DNA of 64,000 nt from Thermoplasmatales archaeon SW_10_69_26. GTDB lineage: Archaea > Thermoplasmatota > SW-10-69-26. The position numbers and the translations under genes were made by a program. The stretch spans positions 32,001 to 96,000 of the forward strand of contig PXUB01000032.1 in the NCBI GenBank assembly GCA_003009755.1, in the 5' to 3' direction. Positions 17,221-26,747 of the stretch are shown piece by piece. The number at the start of each line of letters is the position of its first letter. Positions within the stretch are counted from its first letter, which is position 1. The notes under the pieces are model-generated. The model did not search any database, had not been told where the DNA came from, and saw nothing but the letters and a program-made list of their open reading frames with translations.

Positions 17221-18246
17221 GGTGCTGAACGGGACCTCTCAATCAAACTCGAACCATTCGCGGACACCACAGGCAAGCACCCCCATCGCCCGACATGAGC
17301 GACGAGGATCTCCCCGGCATCCTCTCCTTTCTGGAACGCTTTCCCGACGAGGACAGCTGCTGGGAACACCTGCGCGATGCCCGCTGGCCGGACGGGTTCA
17401 CCTGCCCGATGTGCGGCGAAGACGAGGACTGGATCTTCCTCGACGAGAGACAGCGCTGGCACTGCTACGCCTGCGGCCACCAACCCAGCATCACCAGCCA
17501 AACGATCCTCGAGAACACGAACCTCGACCTGCAAACCTGGTTCCTGGCCGCCTCCCTCGTGTTCACAACCAAGCAGGGATTTTCCAGCCACGAGCTGGCC
17601 CGCAAACTGGAGGTCCACCAGGAAACCGCCTGGTATGTCCAACAACGCCTAGGCCCTCATCGCCGGCCCCTACGCCCGGCGCTTGTTCGGGCTCGTCGAA
17701 CTCGATGAAACCTACCAGGGCGGGCAACGCGAGATGGGTGACCACGGCCGAAGCACCGCCAAAGCCACCATCATCGGCGCCGTCGAAGACCACGACGACA
17801 CCGCCGGCGAACTCATTCTCCACCACGCCGAGCAGGCCACCAGCCCGGCCGTCGACGCGCTCACCACGGAAGGAATCGACACCGACAACACGGTCGTGAA
17901 GACCGATGCCTGGAAGGCCGACTGGACCTTCGACGAGCGCAACGACGTGGACCAGATCATGATCAAAACCAGCCAGCGGGACGAGGCCGCGCACGCGCTG
18001 TTGCCGTGGATCCACGTGGTCTGGGGGAACCTGAAACGCGTGTTACGAGGCGTGCACACGACGGCCAGCCGGGCGCAACTGCAGGACTACCTGGACCTGT
18101 TCTCCTATCGGTTCAACCACCGAGGCCAGCTTTTGGAGGGCTTGGAGACAGCCTTAGAGGGTCTCGTCCAGGCCGGTCGGGTGACGCGGGAGCAGTTGAA
18201 GGGTGGGGCGGGGGCCTTGTTGTATTGAAAGCCCGCGTTCAGCACT
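17221..18246 (+). mobile_element. IS1595-family insertion sequence
   Basis: Terminal inverted repeats with GTGCTGAACG core; 8-bp direct repeat CTCCCGTA at 17213-17220 and 18247-18254. Confidence 0.9.
17295..18228 (+). pseudogene. IS1595 transposase, frameshifted near 17652
   Basis: RWPDGFTCPMCG...CYACG zinc ribbon and HTH in one frame; VELDETY, KTD, NLK, YLDLFSYRFNHR in another. Confidence 0.85.
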
Positions 18247-18263
18247 CTCCCGTATGGTGGGCC

Positions 18264-19142
18264 ATGTGTCGGTTCGTCGCCTACCAGGGCCCGCCGGTCC
18301 GGCTCCACGAGATGCTCTACGAGCCCGAGCACAGCCTGATCCACCAGAGCTATCACGCCCACGAGCGCGAGGAACCGCTCAACGGCGACGGCTGGGGGGT
18401 CGGCTGGTACGATCCCCGTCTCGAGGACTGGCCCGCGACGTACCGGACGCTGCAACCGGCCTGGTCGGACGAGAACATGCGCCACGTCAGCCCGCTCGTC
18501 GAGACGCCGACCTTCTTCGCCCACGTCCGCGCAGCCTCGCCCGGTCTGCCGGTGCACCGGCTGAACTGCCACCCGTTCCGCGGGGGCCGACACGAGCACG
18601 AGGAGGCCGAGGACCTGGCGGCCGTGGAGGCCGGACGCCGGCGGATGATGTTCATGCACAACGGCGGCATCGAGACCTTCCAAGCGATCAAGCGGGACCT
18701 GCAGGAGCAACTGGCCGACGACGCCTACTTCACGATCGACGGCTCCACCGACACCGAGCACCTCTTCGCCCTCGTCCAACAGGAGCTGGGCGGGGCCGCC
18801 GCCGACCCGACGGTGGCCGACATGGCTCGGGCGCTCGAGGGCGTCCAGGGGGAAACGTCGGCCAACTTCTGCCTGACCGACGGCGAGCGGATGGTCGCCA
18901 CCCGGTACAAGCGACCCACCGACAAGACCCCTGAGAGCCTCCACGTCGGGACCGCGGGCGCCTTCTACTGCGAGGGCGCCGGCTACGGCGTCCAAGACCG
19001 GGGGGCAGAGGATGCGGTGTTGATCACCAGCGAGCGCCTGTGGAACGACGACCGAGCCTGGCGCACGGTCCCCGAGAACCACCTCGTCACCGTCGGTCCC
19101 GATCACGAGGTCACCTTCGAACCGCTGGATCCCGCCGCCTGA
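18264..19142 (+). CDS. Class II glutamine amidotransferase (EgtC/YafJ-like Ntn hydrolase)
   Basis: MCRFVAY N-terminal Cys, NGDGWGVGWY, AHVRAAS, NCHPF, HNG, GSTDTE. Confidence 0.88.
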   Translation: MCRFVAYQGPPVRLHEMLYEPEHSLIHQSYHAHEREEPLNGDGWGVGWYDPRLEDWPATYRTLQPAWSDENMRHVSPLVETPTFFAHVRAASPGLPVHRLNCHPFRGGRHEHEEAEDLAAVEAGRRRMMFMHNGGIETFQAIKRDLQEQLADDAYFTIDGSTDTEHLFALVQQELGGAAADPTVADMARALEGVQGETSANFCLTDGERMVATRYKRPTDKTPESLHVGTAGAFYCEGAGYGVQDRGAEDAVLITSERLWNDDRAWRTVPENHLVTVGPDHEVTFEPLDPAA

Positions 19143-19199
19143 GGCGGCCGATCGCGTGCGCTCGTGGGAAGCCAACCTCGACGCACCACCGCGGCCTCC

Positions 19200-19937
19200 C
19201 TACGGTCGGAAGCCTTCGAAGACCAGGTTGTCGATGTGGGGCTTGGCGGTCTCGTGCTCCGCCGACGAGCGGATCGTCCAACCGAGGACGGGCAAGCCCA
19301 GCCGTCGGGCCACCGCGACCGGCCAGTACGGGAGCCGGTCGTGGCGGTAGGCGACGAAGTCGGGCCGGCTGATCGCGTTGACGAGCAACCGCTCGAGCAC
19401 GAGGGCATTGTACCACTCGACCGGGATGTCGTCCATCGGGCCGGACACCTGGCCGCGCGGGATCGAGCTCGCGTGGCGGTGGAACCACGCCATCGACCGC
19501 GGGTTGAACGACTGCACCGCGACAGGGCCCTCGTAGCCCCTGACAGCCTCGTGAACCGCCTGCTCGAGGCGACCGGGCGCCTCCCAGTTCTTCAGCTCCA
19601 GCAACAGCGGCGCCCGCCCGGCCACCTCGTCCAGCACGGTCTCCAATCGCGGCACGCGCTGCGCCGTGCCGGCCAGCTGCAGGTCCGCCAGCTCCGCCCA
19701 GCGGCGCTCGTCGACCGGGCCCGCCTCCTCCGTCAACCGGTCGACGGTCTCGTCGTGGAACACGATCGGGACCCCGTCGCCGGACAAGCGGACGTCGATC
19801 TCGACGGCGTAGCCCGCTCGGATCGCCGCCTCGATGGCGCGCTCGGAGTTCTCCGGGACCCCGTCGCCGTGCAAGCCACGGTGGGCGATGGGCTGGTCGG
19901 TGATCCAGGCCGGCGCAGACACGGGTCGAGCTCCCAT
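19200..19937 (-). CDS. Glycerophosphodiester phosphodiesterase family protein
   Basis: IAHRGLH, PENS, EIDVRLSGDG..VFHD, ELK, QSFNP, WTIRS. Confidence 0.88.
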   Translation of the reverse strand: MGARPVSAPAWITDQPIAHRGLHGDGVPENSERAIEAAIRAGYAVEIDVRLSGDGVPIVFHDETVDRLTEEAGPVDERRWAELADLQLAGTAQRVPRLETVLDEVAGRAPLLLELKNWEAPGRLEQAVHEAVRGYEGPVAVQSFNPRSMAWFHRHASSIPRGQVSGPMDDIPVEWYNALVLERLLVNAISRPDFVAYRHDRLPYWPVAVARRLGLPVLGWTIRSSAEHETAKPHIDNLVFEGFRP

Positions 19938-19997
19938 CAGGGGATCTCTGCTTAAGCCTGTCTGCGCTCCCCGTCCCCGATCGCCCGCAGCCCCGAG

Positions 19998-20260
19998 CCC
20001 GCCTTCGAGGACGAGACCGTCCCCGTCGTCACCGACGACGCCGACCTCGCCGACGAGCTGGATCCGCCCCGGTTCGTGTCCCTCGCCCTGCCGGCGGGCG
20101 AGGTCGTGGACGAGGCTCTCGACGAGCTCGTGCCCCACCTCGCGGAGGGCCACGTCGTGGCGGATGACGGCAACCCGCTGGCAGGACTCCCTCGAGCGCG
20201 ACCAGCGGCTGCGAGCGGACGGCATCGTGTTCCTCGACGCGGGGACCGTGGGCCCCCCGG
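19998..20260 (+). pseudogene. Fragment of 6-phosphogluconate dehydrogenase (short YqeC type) NAD-binding domain
   Basis: LDPPRFVSLALPAGEVVDEALDELVPHLAEGHVVADDGN, then a frameshift to WQDSLERDQRLRADGIVFLDAGT; no start or C-terminus. Confidence 0.6.
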
Positions 20261-20327
20261 GGCGTGCCGAAGAGCTCGGGATCCCGTTCGCGTGGGCCTT
20301 TTCACGTGAGGGAAGCTAGCCTGCTCG

Positions 20328-21698
20328 ATGTCCGATCACGACGTCCTCGTCCTCGGCGGCGGCAGCGGGCTCACGGCCGCCTACCACGCGGAGGCCGACG
20401 GTCTCGACGTCGCCGTCGTCGAGCCGGGCCCGCTGGGCGGAACGTGCGTCAACCGCGGCTGCATCCCGACCAAGACGCTCATCGAGTCGGCCGACCTCGC
20501 TCGCGAGGTGCAACGCTCGGCCGCCTTCGACGTCGACGCCGGCGACCCCGATGTCGACGTGTCCGCGCTCTTGGCTCGCATGCGCGAGATGCGAGCGGCC
20601 AACGTCTCGCAAAGCGACGACTGGCTCGAGAACAGCGAACAGATCACCCTCTACCGCGAGAAGGCGCGCTTCGTCGACGACCAGACCGTCGAGCTGAGCG
20701 ACAGCGGCGAGAGGCTCGCCGCAAGCCACGTGTTCGTGGCGACCGGCGCCCGCCCGCTGATCCCGCCGATCGACGGCATCGATGACGTGGACGTCCTCAC
20801 CAACCGCACGATCCTCGACGACCTCGAGGACGCTCCCGACTCGCTGACGATCGTCGGCGGCGGCTACATCGGGCTCGAGTTCGGACACTTCTTCTCGGCC
20901 GTCGGCACCGACGTCACCATCGTCGAAGGCGGCGACCGGCTCGCCGAGCCCGAGGACAGCGAGATCGGTCACCGCCTCACCGACGCCGTCAGCGCCTACG
21001 CCGACGTGCACCTCACCACGTACGCTACGCGCCTCACCGAGAAGAGCGACCAGGTCGTCGTCGAAGGCGAAGACCGGGCGGACGGGTCCACGATCGAGGT
21101 GTCCGCCGACGAGGTGCTCGTCGCCGCCGGCCGGCGCCCGAACACCGGGGAACTGAACTTGGCCGCCACCGGCGTCGAGACGACCGATCGCGGCTGGATC
21201 GACGTCGACGAGACCTTCCAGACGACGAACCCGTTCGTGTACGCCTACGGCGACGTGATCGGGCGCGGCATGTTCAAGCACACGAGCAGCTTCGAGGGCG
21301 AGGCCGCCTACCGCAACAGCCAGGGCGGCCACGTCACCGTCGACTACGACGCCAACCCGCACGCGATCTTCACCGAGCCCAAGGTCGCCGGCGTCGGCAT
21401 GACCGAGGACGAGGCCCAGCAGGCCGCCCGCGACGTCGAGGTCGCCAAGGCCGGCTACCCGACCGTCGCCAAGGGCAACATCGTTCAGGCCGAGGACGGC
21501 TTCGCCAAGGCGGTGGTCGACCCCACCACGCGCGAGATCCTGGGCTTCCACGCGATCGGCCCCCAGGCCCCCACGCTCGTGCACGAGGTCGTGGTCGCGA
21601 TGACCGCCGGCGACGGGTCGATCGACAACATCACCGACGCCATCCACGTGCACCCGACGCTATCCGAGCTCGTGCACACCCTGTTCACGCGGTTCTGA
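20328..21698 (+). CDS. Class I pyridine nucleotide-disulfide oxidoreductase (dihydrolipoamide dehydrogenase/mycothione reductase-like)
   Basis: GGGSG, GGTCVNRGCIPTK, GGGYIG, GRRPN, HPTLSE. Confidence 0.88.
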   Translation: MSDHDVLVLGGGSGLTAAYHAEADGLDVAVVEPGPLGGTCVNRGCIPTKTLIESADLAREVQRSAAFDVDAGDPDVDVSALLARMREMRAANVSQSDDWLENSEQITLYREKARFVDDQTVELSDSGERLAASHVFVATGARPLIPPIDGIDDVDVLTNRTILDDLEDAPDSLTIVGGGYIGLEFGHFFSAVGTDVTIVEGGDRLAEPEDSEIGHRLTDAVSAYADVHLTTYATRLTEKSDQVVVEGEDRADGSTIEVSADEVLVAAGRRPNTGELNLAATGVETTDRGWIDVDETFQTTNPFVYAYGDVIGRGMFKHTSSFEGEAAYRNSQGGHVTVDYDANPHAIFTEPKVAGVGMTEDEAQQAARDVEVAKAGYPTVAKGNIVQAEDGFAKAVVDPTTREILGFHAIGPQAPTLVHEVVVAMTAGDGSIDNITDAIHVHPTLSELVHTLFTRF

Positions 21699-21772
21699 CG
21701 CCCTCGAGGTTTCGAGCCGACCCCAACGGGACCCTGCTCGTCTCAGCTCCCGCACGCCGAAGCCGCCGTCGT

Positions 21773-21920
21773 CGTGCCGGCCGGTCCCTCGAGACCTGAG
21801 GCGTGGACGGCAACGTCCCCATCGTCGACGTCGACCAGGCCGACCACCCGTTCTGCGCCGACAACGAAGCCTACGCCTGCCCGCCAGATCCGCTCGAGAA
21901 CCGGCTGGCGGCTCCATCCC
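21773..21920 (+). pseudogene. Degenerate C-terminal fragment resembling DUF1684
   Basis: RAGRSLET*GVDGNVPIVDVDQADHPFCADNEAYACPPDPLENRL resembles the GAGRYL..DFNxAYNPxCAY..YxCPLPPxENxL consensus as recalled. Confidence 0.45.
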
Positions 21921-21990
21921 ACCCGGCGAACGGTTGCCCTGACCAGCGCCGACCCCGGCGTTTTAGACCCACGAACCCTCTGCCCCGCCC

Positions 21991-23367
21991 ATGGCCGACT
22001 GGCGTCAGCGCCTCGAGGACACCACCGACGAGCGCGAGGACGAGCTCACCGAGTTCCTCTCGATCCCGAGCATCAGCACCGAGGCCGCCCACCGCAAGGA
22101 TTGCCGCAAGGCGGCCGAGTGGCTCGAGCAGCACCTGATCGAGATCGGGTTCGACACGGGCCTCCACGAGGTCGACGGCGGCCACCCCCTCCTCGACGCC
22201 GAGCTCGTCGTCGACGAGGGCGCCCCGACGGTCACGATCTACGGCCACTACGACGTCCAACCCCCCGGCGACGAGGCAGCCTGGGAGACCCCCGCCTTCC
22301 AGCCGACGATCCTCGACGATCCCGACAAGGGCCGCGTCGTGCGCGCCCGGGGCGCCACCGACAACAAAGGCCAGCTGATGGCCAACCTCAACGCGGTGAA
22401 GGCCCACGCCGACGCCGGCACCCTGCCCGTCAACGTGCGGTTCCTGATCGAGGGCGAGGAGGAGATCGGCGGCGACTCGCTGCCGACCTACATCCAGCGC
22501 CACGAGGACGATCTGGACTGCGAGGCCGTGCTCGTCTCCGACACCCACCTGTGGGACGCCGACCATCCGGCGATCGTGCACGGCCTGCGCGGCATCGTCA
22601 CGCTCGAAGCCACCGTCGAAGGCCCCGATCGCGACCTGCACAGCGGCCAGTTCGGCGGCGCCGTCCTCAACCCCGCCGAGGCGCTCGTGCGCGCCCTCGC
22701 CACGCTCAAGGACGAGAACCTGCGCGTCGCCGTCGACGGGTTCTACGACGACGTGCTCGAGGTCGACGACGCCCAACGCAAGTACATGGAACAGGTGCCC
22801 TTCGACGACGAGGGCTTCCGCCAGGAGACCGGCGCGCCCGCGCTCGACGGCGAACGCGACCGCGGCCCGCTGGAGCGCATGTGGGCCCGCCCCTCGCTCG
22901 AGATCAACGGGCTCTCGGCCGGGTACGCCGGCGACGGCTTCAAGACGATCTTGCCCGCCTCGGCCACGCTCAAGCTCTCCTGCCGCATCGTCGCCGACCA
23001 GGACCCCGACCGGATCGGCCAGCTGTTGGCCGACCACCTGCGCGAGCAGGTGCCCGACACGGTCGACGTCACGATCGACGTCCTCCAAGCCAGCGACCCC
23101 TGGTACCTCGATCCCCGCAACGACGTGCTCGAGGCCGCCGCCGACAGCCTGGCCTCAGCGTTCGGCGGCGAGACCGTGTTCATCCGCAACGGCGCCTCGA
23201 TCCCGGTCGTGCCCGACCTCGACCGGTTGGCGCCCGTCGCGCTGATGGGCTACGGCATGCGCGACGAACGCCTGCACGCGCCCAACGAGTTCTTCCGGCT
23301 GGAGAGCTTCCACGCCGGTAGCAAGGCGATGGGCCGCATGCTCGAACGCCTGGGCGAGGACGGCTGA
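21991..23367 (+). CDS. M20-family dipeptidase
   Basis: YGHYDVQP, ARGATDNKGQ, EGEEEIG, DLHSG, HAPNE. Confidence 0.92.
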   Translation: MADWRQRLEDTTDEREDELTEFLSIPSISTEAAHRKDCRKAAEWLEQHLIEIGFDTGLHEVDGGHPLLDAELVVDEGAPTVTIYGHYDVQPPGDEAAWETPAFQPTILDDPDKGRVVRARGATDNKGQLMANLNAVKAHADAGTLPVNVRFLIEGEEEIGGDSLPTYIQRHEDDLDCEAVLVSDTHLWDADHPAIVHGLRGIVTLEATVEGPDRDLHSGQFGGAVLNPAEALVRALATLKDENLRVAVDGFYDDVLEVDDAQRKYMEQVPFDDEGFRQETGAPALDGERDRGPLERMWARPSLEINGLSAGYAGDGFKTILPASATLKLSCRIVADQDPDRIGQLLADHLREQVPDTVDVTIDVLQASDPWYLDPRNDVLEAAADSLASAFGGETVFIRNGASIPVVPDLDRLAPVALMGYGMRDERLHAPNEFFRLESFHAGSKAMGRMLERLGEDG

Positions 23368-23429
23368 GGGCCCCGCAGGGCGGCCACAGAGGCGAAGGTT
23401 CAAGCCGACGGCCGGCCTGGCAGGGATCG

Positions 23430-24110
23430 ATGATGCGCGCCCGGTGGGCCGCCTTGGCGGCCTTGATGCTCGTGTTCGCAGGCTGCGCCGGCAACGGCGG
23501 GACCGAGGAGAACCCCCACGCCGTGATCGAGACCAACCACGGCACGATCGAGATCCTGTTGTACGGGAACCTCACCCCGCAAACGGTGCAGAGCTTCGGC
23601 AACCTCACCCAGGAGGGCTACTACGACGACACGCGCTTCCACCGCGTGATCGAGGACTTCGTCATCCAGGGCGGGGACCCGCTCTCCAGCGACCCCAACA
23701 AGAGCGACCGGTGGGGCAGCGGCGGGCCCGGCTACACCATCGTCGACGAGTTCGCCTGCGAGGACGGGAGTGTCTCCAACGAGCTCACCGGCTACCGCTC
23801 CAACCAAGAGCCCTGCGACGACCACGGCGGGCTGGCGCTCAGCCACGACAAGCCCGGCATGGTGTCGATGGCGAACCGCGGCGAGCCCAAGACCGGCGGC
23901 TCGCAGTTCTTCATCACCGTCTCCGAGCAGCCGCGCCTCGACGGGACCCACCCGGTGTTCGGCGAGGTCGTTGACGGCATGGACGTGGTGATGAACATCT
24001 CGCAGGTCCCGACCGGCAACCGCGACCAGCCCCGCGAGGACGTCCTCGTCGAAGACGTCACGATCGAGGGCGAGCTCCCAGGCGTCGAGGTCGAGAAGTT
24101 CGACCGATAG
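23430..24110 (+). CDS. Cyclophilin-type peptidyl-prolyl isomerase, lipoprotein
   Basis: Lipobox FAGC; FHRVIEDFVIQGGDP, SMAN, GSQFFIT, HPVFGEV. Confidence 0.93.
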   Translation: MMRARWAALAALMLVFAGCAGNGGTEENPHAVIETNHGTIEILLYGNLTPQTVQSFGNLTQEGYYDDTRFHRVIEDFVIQGGDPLSSDPNKSDRWGSGGPGYTIVDEFACEDGSVSNELTGYRSNQEPCDDHGGLALSHDKPGMVSMANRGEPKTGGSQFFITVSEQPRLDGTHPVFGEVVDGMDVVMNISQVPTGNRDQPREDVLVEDVTIEGELPGVEVEKFDR

Positions 24111-24700
24111 AGCATTTTTCTTTCAACGGGGCCTTGCCGTCTCCCGAGGGGGGACAAAGAAAAATCCTCGGCAACAAAGAAACCCCCCTCGGGAGCGACG
24201 CAGGCCCCAGCGTCCCTGATCTTGGCGCTGTTGGGTCTTCGCGCAGGGCTATGGTCGCTTGACGGGCAACGGCGAAGCTCGCGGGCTCCGGGCGCCTGGG
24301 GGGCCTCAGGCCAGAGGGGAACGGGGGTTGGGAGCGATGCAGGGCCCATCGGCGTTGATGTTGGCGCTGTTGGATCTTCGCGCAGGGCTATGGTCGCCTG
24401 ACGGGCAACGTGGAAGGTTGCCAGATTATGCGGTACGACGACGGCGGGCCCGGACCCCACCGGCGTAGATCTTGGAGGCTCTGGGGCCCTTCGCGCAGGG
24501 TGATTCCTCCCTGGCAGGCAATCCGCCTCGGCCCCGAAAGAGGGATCGGCGGACCACAGGTAGCCTGACGAATCGACGGCAAGCAACGCCGACAGCCCAG
24601 CCGGCCCGGGACAGGCAGGACCACAGGTTGCCTGACGAGCAACGGTGGAGGGTCGCCCAGCGGTGGAGGCCGCACTTGGCGTCGTCGGCTGAGGGGACTC
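24108..24700. repeat. Dispersed structured non-coding element, copy 1 (5' stem-loop plus 2-3 copies of a ~55-nt core)
   Basis: ATTTTTCTTT/AAAGAAAAAT inverted repeat 24114-24165; core TGATCTTGGCGCTGTTGG(G/A)TCTTCGCGCAGGGCTATGGTCGC(T/C)TGACGGGCAACG at 24217 and 24356; homologous to 41667-41993; right boundary approximate. Confidence 0.75.
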
Positions 24701-24831
24701 CTAGCGCTTGGCTTCCTCTCCTCCGGGGGCCTTCCCTCTGCTTCCCTGCTTCTCTGCGCGTCTCATTTTCGACCGCGAGGGCGGCCCCGCTCGACCCCAC
24801 GGACCCAAGTTCCCCGAGCCGATGGGTCACC

Positions 24832-25425
24832 ATGGCCCTCGCCACGTTCACCACCGACCGCGGCACGATCGAGATCGAGCTCTTCGGCGATCAGGCGCCC
24901 CAGACGGTGCAGAACTTCGCCAACCTGGCCCAGGATGGCTACTACGACGGCATCCGCTTCCACCGCGTCATCGAGGGCTTCATGATCCAGGGCGGGGACC
25001 CGCTCACCAAGGACACCTCGGAGACGGACCGCTGGGGCACCGGCGGGCCCGGCTACGCGATCGTCGACGAGTTCGCCTGCGAGGACGGCACGATCTCCAA
25101 CGACTTCACCGGCTACAACGAGCCCGGCGGACCGTGCGATGACTGTGGCGGGCTGGCGCTCAGCCACGACAAGCCCGGCATGGTGTCGATGGCGAACACC
25201 GGCGAGCCGCGGACCGGTGGCTCGCAATTCTTCATCACGGTCGACGAGCAGCCGCGTCTGGACGGGACCCACCCCGTGTTCGGCGAGGTCGTCGACGGCA
25301 TGGAGGTCGTCCACGAGATCGCCAAACTGCCGACCGACCGCCGCGACCGGCCCAAGGAGGACGTCGTCGTCGAGGAGGTCACGATCGAGGGCCAGCTGCC
25401 CGGCGTCGACGTGGAGACGTTCTGA
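24832..25425 (+). CDS. Cyclophilin-type peptidyl-prolyl isomerase, cytoplasmic paralog
   Basis: FHRVIEGFMIQGGDP, SMANTG, GSQFFIT; no signal peptide; start ATG 24832. Confidence 0.93.
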   Translation: MALATFTTDRGTIEIELFGDQAPQTVQNFANLAQDGYYDGIRFHRVIEGFMIQGGDPLTKDTSETDRWGTGGPGYAIVDEFACEDGTISNDFTGYNEPGGPCDDCGGLALSHDKPGMVSMANTGEPRTGGSQFFITVDEQPRLDGTHPVFGEVVDGMEVVHEIAKLPTDRRDRPKEDVVVEEVTIEGQLPGVDVETF

Positions 25426-25434
25426 GGGGCGGGC

Positions 25435-25716
25435 TCAAGCCCAATCGACGTCGGCCAGCCGGCGGACGACGGACAACGCCAGGGCGGCGACCACGAGGGC
25501 GAAGATCGCCCGCCAGATCGGCACCCAGCGGGGCTGCAGCCAAGTCGAGATCGCGTCGGTGACCGCCTGGAAGGCCACGAACACCGAGACGCCGGCCACC
25601 AGCAGGGCGACGACGATGCCGCCCTTCAGCACCAGCTCCCTGCTCCCGGTGGCCTCGTCGGCGTCCTCGATCGGGGGCTCTCGTTCGGCCGCAACCTCGT
25701 CCGCGCGCTCGTTCAT
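25435..25716 (-). CDS. Small two-TM membrane protein
   Basis: MNERADEV... with two hydrophobic helices; ATGA overlap with the upstream gene. Confidence 0.7.
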   Translation of the reverse strand: MNERADEVAAEREPPIEDADEATGSRELVLKGGIVVALLVAGVSVFVAFQAVTDAISTWLQPRWVPIWRAIFALVVAALALSVVRRLADVDWA

Positions 25717-26681
25717 CGCTCGTTCCTCCATCGCCACGCCACGGCGGCCGCCGCCAGCACGGCCAGGACGGCGGCACCGAGGGCGGGTGTCTCCTGGGCC
25801 TGGGCGTCCGCGACGTCGCGATCGCCCTGGGCCCGCTCTCGGTCCCGATCGTGCTCCTCGCGGAGGAAGTCCTCGACGCTCGGGTCCTTGACCTCGATCG
25901 TCTCGGAAGCGTTGCGGATCGAGGTGGGCGCCAGCTCGACGGTGCCCTGACCCGTCTCGACGGTCAGGTTGTCGTCCCACAGCGCGGCCTCGACCGCGTA
26001 GTTGTGCTCGTCTGGGACGTCGAGCTCGACGCTCTCGATGCGCGTCTGCTGGGGAGGGATGGGACCCAGGTCGGTCCACAGCTCGTCGGCCAGCAGGCCC
26101 GTCTCGACGTCGCGGGCCTTCACCTGGAGCCGCAACGGGCTCGAGTCCCCGTCGCCCTCGTTCGTCAGGTACAACTGGGTCTCGATTCGCACCCGGTCGC
26201 GGCTGACGTTTCGCACCATGAACTCCATCTCGGAGATCGAGACGCTCGTCTCCTGGATCGTCGGTTCCAGGGAAGCCAGGTTCCGGACCGTGACGTGGCT
26301 GCTGTCCACGATGCGCCCGCCCTCGAAGACCTCGATCTCGATCCGGTAGCCGGCCCGCCGGGGGAGCTCGAGCAGGACGCCCACGGTCACGGTCGTGTCC
26401 TCGGTCAGTGTCCGGTTGGCCGTCTCCTCGGTCTCGTCGAGGAACCCCGTCTGGGTGTCGAACGCCTTGACGCGGAGTCGCGTCTCGTCGCTCTCGGAAC
26501 CCCGGTTGTCCAGCGTAGCGTTCACCGCCAGGTCCACGGTGCCGGTCGTCACGTTCGGCGCGGCAACGTCGATCGATCGGAGGTCGACGCGGTTGTGTCT
26601 CTCCCGGTCCTCGAAGTCCCGGATGCAGCCCGTCGCGGGCACGAGCAGCGAGACGACGAGGAGCAGGGCGAGCCAGCGCAT
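25713..26681 (-). CDS. Secreted beta-sandwich repeat protein with PGF-CTERM-like C-terminal anchor
   Basis: Signal peptide (ATGC); two internal repeats (L[DT]NxG..LxVKAxDxxTG); TPALG-TM-WRWR tail. Confidence 0.8.
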   Translation of the reverse strand: MRWLALLLVVSLLVPATGCIRDFEDRERHNRVDLRSIDVAAPNVTTGTVDLAVNATLDNRGSESDETRLRVKAFDTQTGFLDETEETANRTLTEDTTVTVGVLLELPRRAGYRIEIEVFEGGRIVDSSHVTVRNLASLEPTIQETSVSISEMEFMVRNVSRDRVRIETQLYLTNEGDGDSSPLRLQVKARDVETGLLADELWTDLGPIPPQQTRIESVELDVPDEHNYAVEAALWDDNLTVETGQGTVELAPTSIRNASETIEVKDPSVEDFLREEHDRDRERAQGDRDVADAQAQETPALGAAVLAVLAAAAVAWRWRNER

Positions 26682-26747
26682 CGACGACGGATACCCCAGG
26701 CTGAGGATAAAGCCTTCAATGTGGTTCGGCGCGGACCGAACAGCGCG

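Noticed and set aside
18264-19142. Ergothioneine operon (egtC)
   Set aside because: No egtB/egtD in the window; family membership alone does not fix the function
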